In this document: positions 51,547 to 61,084 of the stretch, one piece after another
How positions within the stretch are numbered: the first letter of the stretch is position 1
How the letters are laid out: the number at the start of each line of letters is the position of its first letter
Assembly: GCA_021784815.1 (NCBI GenBank)
Contig: JAJYHK010000005.1
Span: 25,917 to 89,916, forward strand
Reading direction: 5' to 3'
DNA from: a bacterium
GTDB lineage: Bacteria > Patescibacteriota > Minisyncoccia > Phycocordibacterales > Phycocordibacteraceae
DNA: 64,000 nucleotides
The notes under the pieces: generated by a model
Seen by the model: only the letters and a program-made list of their open reading frames with translations
The model's database searches: none
Told to the model about the DNA's origin: nothing
Translations under genes and position numbers: made by a program

Positions 51547-51623
51547 CTGCCCATTCTACTATGCTGATACGCATTGGATCCACGGCCTATTTCGACCAGC
51601 TGCACAGAAGCCGGCGTGGTAAG

Positions 51624-52247
51624 ATGACGGCCACGTTCATGTCCATTTCGGCCATTTTTGTGCACTTCATTCATAGTGCCGTCGGCAGTACCACCCTTAC
51701 TGGGATCGCCATCGTGACCGCCACCTTCGTTCTCGAGGACCCGACGACCGTTCTCGTCGGCGTGCTTTCGGCAGGGAATGTTGTCTCGGTGCCCACCGCG
51801 CTCATTTCCCTCTACCTCGGCATCGTGCTTCGGGTCCTCGCACTCCATGGCCTCGGCTCGCTCGCCCGCACCCACCCGCGACTCGCCCAATACGTCGAAC
51901 ACGAACGGGTGATTCCCGTTAAAAGCTGGTTTGAGAAACGCTACGCACTCACGATCTTTTCCGTGCGCTTTATTCCCGGCCTCCGGCTCCCAACCTATAC
52001 CGCAAGCGGTTTTTTTCGTATGCCGTTCGGAACCTTCCTTGCGACGGCGATCGGGGCTACGCTCGTCTGGGCCACGGTGCTCTTCTCCGCCTCCTTCTGG
52101 TTCGGCAATCTTACGAGCGAGTGGGTGGGGTGGACGCGCTGGGCAATCGCGGGCGTTTTCTTGCTCATCCTGTTTTTCGTCGGTCGCCACAACATGCTAT
52201 CCTTCCGTACTCACGAGGAAGAAGCGCCGGATGATGCCGAACACTGA
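51624..52247 (+). CDS. DedA/VTT family membrane protein
   Basis: TFVLED, RFIPGLR..Y.ASG. Confidence 0.85.
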   Translation: MTATFMSISAIFVHFIHSAVGSTTLTGIAIVTATFVLEDPTTVLVGVLSAGNVVSVPTALISLYLGIVLRVLALHGLGSLARTHPRLAQYVEHERVIPVKSWFEKRYALTIFSVRFIPGLRLPTYTASGFFRMPFGTFLATAIGATLVWATVLFSASFWFGNLTSEWVGWTRWAIAGVFLLILFFVGRHNMLSFRTHEEEAPDDAEH

Positions 52248-53310
52248 CATGGGCGCACCGCACCAGAACGAGCGGCTGTTTTCGCTCCTCGAATATGCAT
52301 CGGAGTGGCTCGTCCGCATCCCTTACATTCCCTATGCCGCGTGGCTCTTCCTGCGCTACCGCGGAATCACCTTGCCGGCAATCGCTAACCCCAGCTTCTT
52401 CATGGGCGATCTTGTCGGCGCATCGAAGACCGACATGCACGCATGCATGGGCGCACGCGCGCGAGAGCATTTCGCGCCCTTCATTACCATACACGCTTCG
52501 GCGGCAATGCCAGATATCCGTGCACAACTCACGCGTGCAAAACTTGCCTTCCCGCTCGTCGCGAAGCCGGATCTCGGCCGCAACGGCCGGGGAGTAAAGA
52601 TGGTTGCTGATGAAGCGGCGCTTGCGGCGCATCTGGCGAAATTCCCGAGAGATGTCCGCATGATCATCCAGCGGTATGTTCCAGCGCGCCGGGAAGCGGG
52701 GGTGTTTTATGTGCGCCGGCCCTCGGAACACGCCGGCCGCATCACCTCTCTTACGCTCAAGAGTTTTCCCTACGTGGTCGGCGACGATCGCTCGACCTTG
52801 CGCGAGCTCATTCTCGCCGACGAGCGCGCTTCAAAGATTGCGCACATCTATTTCCGCCGCAACAAACGCGCGCTCGACGAAGTCATTCCTGAAGGGGTCG
52901 AGTACCCGCTCGTATCGGTTGGTAACCATGTGCGCGGAGCGATCTTTACCAACGGCGCAGCCGCCATCACCCCCGAGCTTACCGCGGTATTTGATCGTAT
53001 CTCAAAAGATATCGACGGCTTTTACTTTGGCCGCTATGACGTACGCTACGATGACTTCGATGCGTTTAAGCGCGGCGCGGGCTTCACGATTATCGAGTTC
53101 AACGGCGCCTCGAGCGAGCCGACCCACGTCTGGGACCGCCGCACGAGCGTGCGCGATACCTACCGCACCCTGCTCGGCCACTGGCGCATGGCGTTTGAGA
53201 TCGGCGCCGAAAATCGTGCCCGCGGCACCCGCGCACCAAGCATTCGCGCCGTGCTTCGCGCTTATGCCGCCGAAGATCATCTCATCGGACGATACCCCGA
53301 TGAAGAGTAG
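52231..53310 (+). CDS. ATP-grasp carboxylate-amine ligase-like protein
   Basis: FPLVAKPD.G.NGRGV, EAGVFY, GRYDVR, IEFNGASSE. Confidence 0.8.
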   Translation: MMPNTDMGAPHQNERLFSLLEYASEWLVRIPYIPYAAWLFLRYRGITLPAIANPSFFMGDLVGASKTDMHACMGARAREHFAPFITIHASAAMPDIRAQLTRAKLAFPLVAKPDLGRNGRGVKMVADEAALAAHLAKFPRDVRMIIQRYVPARREAGVFYVRRPSEHAGRITSLTLKSFPYVVGDDRSTLRELILADERASKIAHIYFRRNKRALDEVIPEGVEYPLVSVGNHVRGAIFTNGAAAITPELTAVFDRISKDIDGFYFGRYDVRYDDFDAFKRGAGFTIIEFNGASSEPTHVWDRRTSVRDTYRTLLGHWRMAFEIGAENRARGTRAPSIRAVLRAYAAEDHLIGRYPDEE

Positions 53311-53385
53311 AACTCATTTCAATAATGGCGAGCGAAAACGGCAAGTTCTTTCATAAAAAAGTGGTTATTATTGAAACGAGTTCCA
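53308..53385. mobile_element. Short, internally deleted MITE-like element
   Basis: TAGAACTCATTTCAAT...ATTGAAACGAGTTCCA; ends match 54637-54826. Confidence 0.75.
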
Positions 53386-53386
53386 G

Positions 53387-53914
53387 TCAGTGGAATAGCT
53401 TGAGAATCGACTCTCCGTAACGGACGCGGTACTCATGTACGGTAAGGACGAGAATGACGAAATCGAGTGCCGCAAGCGCCTCAAGGAATACCTCATGCCG
53501 GCCGACCCCGCGATAGATCTCGTACATGCCAAAGATGACGAGCGCCGCTATAAAGAGCGGGTACGCGATGCGTTTGCCCGAAAAGATGCCGATGACGAGC
53601 AGCACCTTGATAAGCCCGTGGAGCACAAGGTAGAGCGCCACGAGCCAATGGCCGCTCGCGGCAAGCGTGTGGGCGAGAAGGTGCACAGTCCGAGCTGTGA
53701 GACCACTGGGTTCGCGCGCGAGCTCGTCGCCTGCAAGCCGTGCCGCCCAGCCGGTAATGAGAGCTGGACGTACTGCGGCAACGAATACCCCAGCAAGCAC
53801 TTCAACGACGCCATCGAACGCCTTTACGGCGAGCGCTGCGTCAAAAATCCAGCGCAAATCCCGTTCGCGCGGCAATTGTAGTTCCTTCCGAGGCCCAGTC
53901 GGCGGCTCGGCCAT
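53387..53914 (-). CDS. DUF2127 family membrane protein
   Basis: KAFDGVVEVLAG, YLVLHGLIK, HEYR. Confidence 0.78.
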   Translation of the reverse strand: MAEPPTGPRKELQLPRERDLRWIFDAALAVKAFDGVVEVLAGVFVAAVRPALITGWAARLAGDELAREPSGLTARTVHLLAHTLAASGHWLVALYLVLHGLIKVLLVIGIFSGKRIAYPLFIAALVIFGMYEIYRGVGRHEVFLEALAALDFVILVLTVHEYRVRYGESILKLFH

Positions 53915-53980
53915 GCAGCGCAGGATACAACAACAGCTACGCGCTCGCTTGGGAAAGCGAACGCGTAGCTGTTGTTGTGG

Positions 53981-54535
53981 TTAGCCGATACGATCCGCGA
54001 GCACCGCAAGCGCTTTCGCAATGAGCGTCTTGGTGTCCTCGCTCTTCACCGGCCCGGGCATCCCGGCCTGTCCCGTCGATTCCGCAAATATATCGCTCGC
54101 TGGACCGAGATACAGTTCCGGTTGGCCGATAATGCGCGCGTCGAGATAGAGGAGCGTGTGCTTCAACTGGCTCTGCGCGATGGCCGTGCCGATCTTGCCG
54201 ATCGAGACACCCGCGACGAGCACCGGTTTTCCGGCAAACGAATTCTTTCCGTAGGGGCGGGAGAGCCAGTCGATCGCGTTACTGAGCGCTCCCGGAATCA
54301 TGCGGTTAAACTCCGGCGTCACCACAATGACCCCGTCAGCTGCCTCGACTTTTTGTTTAAGCGCTCTCGCCTCAGCCGGGAATTCGGCCTCGAGGTCGCT
54401 ATTATAGAGCGGCAACGAGCCGATACCGACAATGTCTATCTTCATTCCGGCAGGGGCAAGCTCCTGCATCGCGTGCAAAAGAGCAATATTGTACGAGCCT
54501 TTGCGCAAACTGCCTGAAATACCAACGATGTTCAT
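53981..54535 (-). CDS. NADPH-dependent FMN reductase
   Basis: GSLRKGSYN, TPEFN, NAIDWLSRP. Confidence 0.92.
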   Translation of the reverse strand: MNIVGISGSLRKGSYNIALLHAMQELAPAGMKIDIVGIGSLPLYNSDLEAEFPAEARALKQKVEAADGVIVVTPEFNRMIPGALSNAIDWLSRPYGKNSFAGKPVLVAGVSIGKIGTAIAQSQLKHTLLYLDARIIGQPELYLGPASDIFAESTGQAGMPGPVKSEDTKTLIAKALAVLADRIG

Positions 54536-54636
54536 GTCTCAAAACTATTTAGGGATACGTCCCCAGCGTACTCCGCCGCAAAAACCGTCCGGCTGTGGAT
54601 AATCGCAAAACGCGCCATGGCATTCGCGCTTTTCAG

Positions 54637-54826
54637 TAGAACTCATTTCAATGATAATGGCGAGCGAAAACGGCAAAAATCCGTCGGGAGGCTCAATGAG
54701 GCCGTTTTAGCGTACCTGAGGTACGGGGAAACGGACGAAGCCGAGCCGCAGCAGGATTTTTGCCGTTTTCACTCGCCAAACTACGAGTTCTTTCATAAAA
54801 AGTGATTATTATTGAAATGAGTTCTA
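54637..54826. mobile_element. MITE-like palindromic element (190 bp)
   Basis: Perfect 16-bp terminal inverted repeat TAGAACTCATTTCAAT, plus an internal inverted repeat GGCGAGCGAAAACGGCAAAAATCC/GGATTTTTGCCGTTTTCACTCGCC. Confidence 0.8.
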
Positions 54827-54833
54827 GGATCCG

Positions 54834-55535
54834 CTATCGCAAGGCTGCCTTCCAGCGCCGGTAGAGCGCGGCAGTCGCGAAGAGGTCCCCGGCATTGTAG
54901 CGGGCGATCGTCATACCCTCTCCGGCTCGATAGAGCCCCGCGACGTCATCGCCCTTCGTGCCGCCGGCCTTCGGGCTCTCAATGCCGAGCGCGCGACAGA
55001 AAAGATGCAGGCTTTTCTTGAAACGAGCCGCGCCGTAAAACGTGAGCTGGTCGAGCAGGTCGACGTGCACGCACCCGCGCTGAAGCGAGGTGTAGCGGTT
55101 GCTTAAAAGGTCGCGCATCGGCTTGAGTCCGTGCACCATTGATCGGATCGCGAGAAACGGCGCATCGAAACACCGACCATTGAATGAAACGAATTCTTTG
55201 TACTGCTGCGCGCCTTCCCAGAAGAGGGCGAGCATGTCGCGCTCCGTGACCGGCTTATAGGTAATCTGGCCTTCAGTCGTTTCTTCAGCGCGTGCGCCCG
55301 CCGGGTCGTAGTACACGACGCCCCTTTCTTTCTCCGTATCATAGACGCCAATCGCGACGATGAAGCCGGTCAAGGGCGAGAGTCCGAGCCCTTCGCGCAG
55401 CTGCTTGAGCTCAAATTCGGCTTCGTCCTCATCGTGCGAGGACTGCTCAATGTACCAGGTGAGGTTATGCTGCGTCGTTTCATCAAGCGCATCCCAGTCT
55501 TCGCCGACCGTCTCGACATCAAAGACAAGCGCCAT
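54834..55535 (-). CDS. PolB-like 3'-5' exonuclease (RNase H-like, DEDD)
   Basis: FDVET, SFNGRCFD, HVDL, YNAGD. Confidence 0.85.
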   Translation of the reverse strand: MALVFDVETVGEDWDALDETTQHNLTWYIEQSSHDEDEAEFELKQLREGLGLSPLTGFIVAIGVYDTEKERGVVYYDPAGARAEETTEGQITYKPVTERDMLALFWEGAQQYKEFVSFNGRCFDAPFLAIRSMVHGLKPMRDLLSNRYTSLQRGCVHVDLLDQLTFYGAARFKKSLHLFCRALGIESPKAGGTKGDDVAGLYRAGEGMTIARYNAGDLFATAALYRRWKAALR

Positions 55536-55583
55536 GCGTGCATTAAACCACAGCTGTGCGCCGCCTCGTGATTTAATCAGAGT

Positions 55584-56510
55584 ATGAACTCGCAGGCACG
55601 ACGCACAGGCGCCGCTCTCGTTCTAGCCGCTGTTACCGGACTAGGCGGCTACCTCGTTGGCGAAGGGAGCGCCAGCACTGCCGCACCCCTGAGCCTCGAT
55701 AGCCCGGCACTGCCCTCACCCGCACCAGGCACCACCCGCCTTTTCTACTCGCTCGACCAAAAGCAGAACGACCAGGAGCTGATCTCGCTTTTAAACGCGA
55801 CGCGGAAACGCGCCTATTTCGCCATATACGAGTTCACGCTCAAAGACGTTGCCGACGCGCTCGTGGCGGCCAAGCGCCGCGGCGTCGATGTGCGCGGACT
55901 CGTCGACGCAACAGAAAGCGCGAAAAGCTACGACGCGCCGATCATTGCCGAGCTGCGCGCCGCCGGCATTCCGGTGGAAACTGAGCGCCATCCGGACGGC
56001 CAGGGCATCATGCACATCAAGGCGCTCGTGACCGACGGGACCTATGCGATCGGCAGCTACAACTGGACCGAGTCAGCAACGAACGAAAACGATGAGATCC
56101 TCGAGGTCGGTATCGACCCTGTGCTCGTGGGCGCTTACGCAAACCTGCTTGAACGCTTATTCCGGAAATACGCGGGTACCGGAACGGCGGCGCAGAGCGT
56201 CGCCGTTCCATCTTCCATCGGCACCATCCACTTCACCGAGGCGCCGCAACACATCGGCGCCTATGCCTCGATACGCGGCACCCTCATCGAAGCCTATACC
56301 TCCTCGAGTGGCACGGTCTTCCTCGATTTCTGCAAAAGCTACCAATCCTGCCCGTTCTCGGGCGTCATTTTCGCGAGCGATGCCAAAGCCTTCGGAGATC
56401 TTTCAGTAGACGCGGATAAAACGGTCACCCTCACCGGCACCCTCACCGCCTACAACGGCAGGGCAGAAATGAAACTCACGAACCCTAGCCAGCTCTCGCT
56501 CGCTCCCTAA
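55584..56510 (+). CDS. Exported phospholipase D-family (Nuc-like) nuclease with C-terminal OB-like domain
   Basis: Signal/TM; single HIKALVTD...GSYNWT motif. Confidence 0.8.
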   Translation: MNSQARRTGAALVLAAVTGLGGYLVGEGSASTAAPLSLDSPALPSPAPGTTRLFYSLDQKQNDQELISLLNATRKRAYFAIYEFTLKDVADALVAAKRRGVDVRGLVDATESAKSYDAPIIAELRAAGIPVETERHPDGQGIMHIKALVTDGTYAIGSYNWTESATNENDEILEVGIDPVLVGAYANLLERLFRKYAGTGTAAQSVAVPSSIGTIHFTEAPQHIGAYASIRGTLIEAYTSSSGTVFLDFCKSYQSCPFSGVIFASDAKAFGDLSVDADKTVTLTGTLTAYNGRAEMKLTNPSQLSLAP

Positions 56511-56550
56511 AGCTTGGCGATAAGCCACAATATGTTATAATCAGCCTCAA

Positions 56551-57105
56551 GTGGCAGCGGAACGACTCAACATCAACCGGGAAATTTCGGCGCGCGAGCT
56601 GCGCGTTATCGGCACCGAGGGTGAAAACCTCGGCGTGCTTAGTCTTGCTCAGGCGCTTGCTGCGGCCGAACGTGCTGAGCTCGACCTCATTGAGATTTCG
56701 CCTAGGGCGGTACCGCCCGTTGCGAGAATCGCGGATTATGGTAAATTCGAGTACGAGCGAAGCAAGAAGGAAAAGGCGGTAAAAGCCAAGGCCAAGGTAT
56801 CCGAAACCAAGGAAATCCAGATTAAGGTCGGCACCGGTGAGCACGATATGCTCCTCAAGGCGAAAAAGGCCGCGGAGTGGCTCGAGGAAGGCCATCGCGT
56901 ACGCGCCGAGCTTTTCCTGAAAGGCCGCTACAAAGGCATGAGCGAAGAGTTCCTCAAGGAACGCCTCGTGAAATTCCTGGAGCGCATCCCGTATGCGTAC
57001 CGGATGGCCGAACCGATCATCCGCAGCCCGAAGGGCTTTGCCGGCGTCATCGAGCGCGACCCGAAGGCTGCACGAAAAGCCGAGGAAACCCAACCAAACC
57101 CATGA
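56551..57105 (+). CDS. infC: Translation initiation factor IF-3
   Basis: INREI, LDLIEI, PPVARIADYGKF; non-ATG start. Confidence 0.93.
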   Translation: MAAERLNINREISARELRVIGTEGENLGVLSLAQALAAAERAELDLIEISPRAVPPVARIADYGKFEYERSKKEKAVKAKAKVSETKEIQIKVGTGEHDMLLKAKKAAEWLEEGHRVRAELFLKGRYKGMSEEFLKERLVKFLERIPYAYRMAEPIIRSPKGFAGVIERDPKAARKAEETQPNP

Positions 57106-57287
57106 AAACCAACAAATCGTACACCAAGCGGATCCGCGTCACGCGTAACGGTAAGCTCGTTGCCCGCGTGAAGGGCCAGAACCATTTCAACGCAAAGGCG
57201 AGCGGCTCTAAGCGGCAAGCGAAACGGCGTGCGGTCAGCCTCGTGCTCTCGACGCGTGCACGCCGCCGATTCCTCCCCGGCGCATAG
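57102..57287 (+). CDS. rpmI: 50S ribosomal protein L35
   Basis: MKTNKSYTKR..T.NGK; operon position. Confidence 0.92.
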   Translation: MKTNKSYTKRIRVTRNGKLVARVKGQNHFNAKASGSKRQAKRRAVSLVLSTRARRRFLPGA

Positions 57288-57316
57288 GGATTTAAAAACT
57301 TCGTAACTTTTTTCGT

Positions 57317-57664
57317 ATGGCACGAGTCAAAGGCGGTGTGGTAGCGCAGAGGCGGCGCAGGAATCTCCTCTCCCGCGCGAAGGGCTACCGCTATGGCCGT
57401 TCCACCAAGCGCCGCCAGGCGCACGAGGCGATCCTCCACGCGGGCAAGTACGCTTTTAACGACCGCAAGGACAAGAAGACTGTTTTCCGCCAGCTCTGGA
57501 TCGTCCGCCTTAACGCCGCGGTCCGCGAGAACGGCCTCAAGTCGTACTCGACGTTCATGAGCAGCCTCAAGAAGCAGGACATCCTGCTTGATCGCAAAGT
57601 GCTCGCTCAGTTTGCGGCGAAACAGCCCGAGGTGTTCGCCCGCATCGCGGCAAAAGCGAAGTAG
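57317..57664 (+). CDS. rplT: 50S ribosomal protein L20
   Basis: MARVKGG, AKGY, FRQLWIVRLNAA. Confidence 0.96.
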   Translation: MARVKGGVVAQRRRRNLLSRAKGYRYGRSTKRRQAHEAILHAGKYAFNDRKDKKTVFRQLWIVRLNAAVRENGLKSYSTFMSSLKKQDILLDRKVLAQFAAKQPEVFARIAAKAK

Positions 57665-57710
57665 ATCCGGGAGGCAGCCAACGAAAAACGGCCCCGCGAC
57701 GCGGGGCCGT

Positions 57711-58106
57711 TTACTTTTGTAAGTAGTAAGATTCGCGGCCGCCCTCAGGTTCTTCTAGAGTATTGTAGTCAATCGTGATTTCTTCCCCCGCGTTGATGTT
57801 CCTTGACGCGTACCACGAATAACCGCGGTGTTCCGCACTCGGGTCTGCAGAATGATTCAAGTACCACCCGACTGCCATTTCGCCAAAATCCCTCGGAGCT
57901 ACCACTTGGTCTCCTCGATCCATGCAATACGATCGGAAAAACTCAGGAACTGAACTCTTCTCGCGCAGGACGCTTCGATCCTGCAACTCATCTCCCTTCC
58001 CGAAAAGCCGAAGAAGAGTTCCTTTTTGGATGTCGTGCTCAGCGAAAACCCCTACACCATGCTCAGACGGCTTGAGTATGAACGAAAACTCGTTAGTGAA
58101 GTTCAT
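57711..58106 (-). CDS. SET domain protein
   Basis: HGVGVFA, YLNHS, GEEITIDY. Confidence 0.88.
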   Translation of the reverse strand: MNFTNEFSFILKPSEHGVGVFAEHDIQKGTLLRLFGKGDELQDRSVLREKSSVPEFFRSYCMDRGDQVVAPRDFGEMAVGWYLNHSADPSAEHRGYSWYASRNINAGEEITIDYNTLEEPEGGRESYYLQK

Positions 58107-59494
58107 ACTTTAGAAATGCCTTCTTTCGTGATCTTCCATGCCGCGCCGGCTTCCGGCACAATCGCGCGGCCGCCAAGGTAGTCGCGGATTCGCTGAGCCA
58201 AAAAGCGTTCGCTTGAGGGTTCGCCGAGACCTACGAAAATCGTACCGAGCCGCTTCCCTTCGAGCGACTGCTGCGCAAACTCAAGCAGTTCATCGCGGTC
58301 GGCATGGCCTGACCAGCCCTCGAGAACCTCGACCCTGCCGCGCACGCGCACGTCCTCACCGCCTAGGCGCACCTGCGTTGTGCCTTCCGCCATGCGCCGG
58401 CCCGGCGAGCCGGGAGCCTGGTAGCCGACCATGATGAGCGTCGTCGAAGAGTTCGGGAGGTACTGCCGCTCCCACCGACCGATGCGGCCGCCGTGGCTCA
58501 TGCCGGCACCGGCGATAATGATTTTCTGGCCGTGCGCTTTGATGATGTCATCTGATTCGTCGCGCGAGAGCGTTTTGGTAAGGAAAGGGAAGTCGAAGAG
58601 GCTGCCCTCGCGCTTCATTTCTTCCTCGGCTGTCGGTTTGAAGTAGGTTGCGCCCCATTTATCGTAGACGTCGGTCACGCGTATCGCGAGCGGCGAGTCG
58701 AGGTAGACCGGCACGTGCGGCAGCTCGCCGGCTGCGTAAAGATTGGAGAGCTCGTAGAGCATGAGCTGGGTGCGTTCAATCGAAAACGCGGGAATGAGGA
58801 TGGTACCCCCGCGCTCGATCGCCCTCTTGAGCGTGTCGCGCAGGCGGGTAACCCGGTCCTCGTGCGGCGGGTGGAGTCGATCACCGTACACGCTCTCCAT
58901 AACGAGCGCATCGGCGTCCGGTACCGGCTCCCAGTCCGGCAAGAGTGGCGAGGGCGCGTTGCCAAGGTCGCCCGTGAGCGCGACGCGTACGCCCTCTTCG
59001 TCCGTAAGCCGCACGCTTGCGGAGCCGAGGATGTGGCCCGTGTTGCGCAGGTAGGCCGTAAGGCCCGGCGCGATCTCCCTTTCGGTGTGGTACTCAAGCG
59101 TTTCTATGAGCTGGAACGTCTCGGCAACATCCTTCTCCTCGTAGAGCGGCGGCAGACCTCGGCGTTCGGCGTCTTCGGCGAGAATGTGTACCGAGTCGGC
59201 AAGGATGAGCTTCGCCAAGTCCGCGGTCGGGGGCGTCATGAAAAGTTTCCCGCGGAAGCCGTCCTTCACAAGCTTCGGGATGCGGCCGACGTGGTCGAGA
59301 TGAGCGTGTGTGAGCACGAGCGCATCGACGCTCTTCGGGTCATAGGGGAACGGGCCGTAGACGTCTTTGGTCGCCACATCGGCACCCTGCTCGATGCCGC
59401 AATCGACCAGTACCTTTGCTTTGCTGCCATCGATTAAAAAATTCGATCCGGTAACCTTCCCGGCGCCGCCGTAAAACCCAAGCCGTAGTGCCAT
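58103..59494 (-). CDS. MBL-fold beta-CASP ribonuclease (YSH1-like)
   Basis: VTGS, THAHLDHVG, GHILGS, ESVYG, SGHAD. Confidence 0.9.
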   Translation of the reverse strand: MALRLGFYGGAGKVTGSNFLIDGSKAKVLVDCGIEQGADVATKDVYGPFPYDPKSVDALVLTHAHLDHVGRIPKLVKDGFRGKLFMTPPTADLAKLILADSVHILAEDAERRGLPPLYEEKDVAETFQLIETLEYHTEREIAPGLTAYLRNTGHILGSASVRLTDEEGVRVALTGDLGNAPSPLLPDWEPVPDADALVMESVYGDRLHPPHEDRVTRLRDTLKRAIERGGTILIPAFSIERTQLMLYELSNLYAAGELPHVPVYLDSPLAIRVTDVYDKWGATYFKPTAEEEMKREGSLFDFPFLTKTLSRDESDDIIKAHGQKIIIAGAGMSHGGRIGRWERQYLPNSSTTLIMVGYQAPGSPGRRMAEGTTQVRLGGEDVRVRGRVEVLEGWSGHADRDELLEFAQQSLEGKRLGTIFVGLGEPSSERFLAQRIRDYLGGRAIVPEAGAAWKITKEGISKV

Positions 59495-59531
59495 GCAAAA
59501 ACTCTAGCACGCGCGACGCGCGCTCCTGCAA

Positions 59532-59565
59532 CGCAACACACCATGCGCGTGCATGGTGTGTTGCG
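59532..59565 (-). terminator. Hairpin downstream of the 6S-like RNA
   Basis: CGCAACACACCATGC-GCGT-GCATGGTGTGTTGCG. Confidence 0.65.
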
Positions 59566-59566
59566 A

Positions 59567-59711
59567 GGAACCGTCCCGGGGTGGCAACTTTGAGTGCCAC
59601 GTGGGGCGTGCAATGCACTACATGGGATGCTTTCGAGAGCTTCCGCCGATCGTGCTCAATACACGTATGCCCCGAATTGAGAGCAAGTTGCGTTTATACG
59701 GAACGGCCCCC
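59567..59711 (-). ncRNA. ssrS: 6S-like RNA (rod with central bubble)
   Basis: Ends pair (GGGGCCGUUCCG/CGGGACGGUUCC), then GCAACUU/AAGUUGC, a central bubble and GGGGC/GCCCC. TTCACG-16-TATACT promoter upstream and a hairpin downstream. Confidence 0.65.
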
Positions 59712-59759
59712 GCTTCAAGTATACGCGCCTATGCGCGTGCGTGAAGACGAAGCGCAGAT

Positions 59760-60368
59760 TTATCGCTCGAGGTAGTCGTCGAGCTCCGGACTGTACACGA
59801 TCGCGTCCTGCATGCGGCGGTACTCGATAATCTCCTCCGGCTTGAACCAATGCTTTATTTCCGCCTCCGCTTCGCTCGGCGAACCGGAAGCATGTATAAG
59901 GTTGCGGATGGCTCGGCCGTCGGCGTCCGACATCGGGTAGGAATCGAGCACATAATCGCCGCGAATGGTTCCCGGCGCGCTCGAAAGCGGCTCGGTACCG
60001 CCGACGATCTTGCGTACGATCTTCACCGCATGAGCGCCTTCCCAGATCATGGGGACGATCGGCCCGGCGACCATGTACTTCTTGAGGTTATCAAGAATGA
60101 CCGCGGTGACCTCGTACGGATCCTCGGACGGCGGGGTCGCGCCCTTCTCCTTATAGCTATTGATGGTCTTCTCGCCGGTCACCCGACGCCACTCGGGATC
60201 AAGCGTGTAGTGTTTCTCGACGTGCTCGGCGTTCGTCGTCATCATTTTGATCGCGAGGAGCTTGAGGCCGACGTTTTCAAAACGCTTAATGATCTCGCCG
60301 ATCAAGGCGCGCTGGACGCCATCGGGCTTTATGATAACGAGTGTTCGTTCCGTTTTAGGATGTGCCAT
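59760..60368 (-). CDS. ndk: Nucleoside diphosphate kinase
   Basis: IIKPDGVQR, PGTIRGD, NLIHASGS. Confidence 0.95.
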   Translation of the reverse strand: MAHPKTERTLVIIKPDGVQRALIGEIIKRFENVGLKLLAIKMMTTNAEHVEKHYTLDPEWRRVTGEKTINSYKEKGATPPSEDPYEVTAVILDNLKKYMVAGPIVPMIWEGAHAVKIVRKIVGGTEPLSSAPGTIRGDYVLDSYPMSDADGRAIRNLIHASGSPSEAEAEIKHWFKPEEIIEYRRMQDAIVYSPELDDYLER

Positions 60369-60442
60369 ATCGTTTAAAAATAAAATCGCCAAAGGCGACG
60401 GGTACGGAGACACTATACACCGTTTTTAGGCAGCCGGCCAAC

Positions 60443-60971
60443 TCAGCGCGCCGGCGCAGCCGGCGCGCTCATCGTATCAAACCCAAGTTCGATGGCACGG
60501 GCGACAGCCGTATCGAGGAAGTAGAGCCCGCGATCGAGGTCGTGGCTTGCGTTGCGTTCGTTCCAGTTTGCGCGGATTTCCTCGGGCATCACCCATCGCA
60601 ATGCATACTGTTCGTGCGCTTCGAGCTGCATCGGCAGCGTGTCGGCGCTTTTTAGGATGCCAAGCAGGCAGGTTGCGTGTGCAACGCGGTTCACGTTCTT
60701 GGCGGTATTGCGACAATGCGTAAGCGCTTCGGCGTTCTTTTCCACGTGCGAAGTCGTGCAAACCGCTTTCCTCGCGCACTTCGCGCAAAATGCCCTCCCG
60801 CACCGCCTCGCCGGACTCAAGTCCGCCCGCGAAGAAATGAAAGCGTCCGTCTTTTCTTTGCTCACCGACGGAAAATCGTCGTGTTGAAGGGTCAAAAATC
60901 ACCGCACAGCCGCCGTCGCGGCGCTCCTCATTTTCGCGCTTTATGCCAAACCCAGGAATCGCCGCTTTCAT
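60443..60971 (-). pseudogene. NUDIX hydrolase, frameshifted near 60750
   Basis: Nudix box GGLESGE..REVREESG in one frame, C-terminal half in another. Confidence 0.75.
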
Positions 60972-61037
60972 TACGACACGTTACTACACGGTTACGCTAA
61001 CACTCTTCGTTATTACTTTCTAAGCCCCAACCTTGCA

Positions 61038-61084
61038 CCTCAAGATAGCGTTTCAAGATGACATCTTGAAACGCTATCTTGAGG
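61038..61084. repeat. Perfect 23-bp inverted repeat with a 1-nt spacer
   Basis: CCTCAAGATAGCGTTTCAAGATG-A-CATCTTGAAACGCTATCTTGAGG. Confidence 0.85.
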
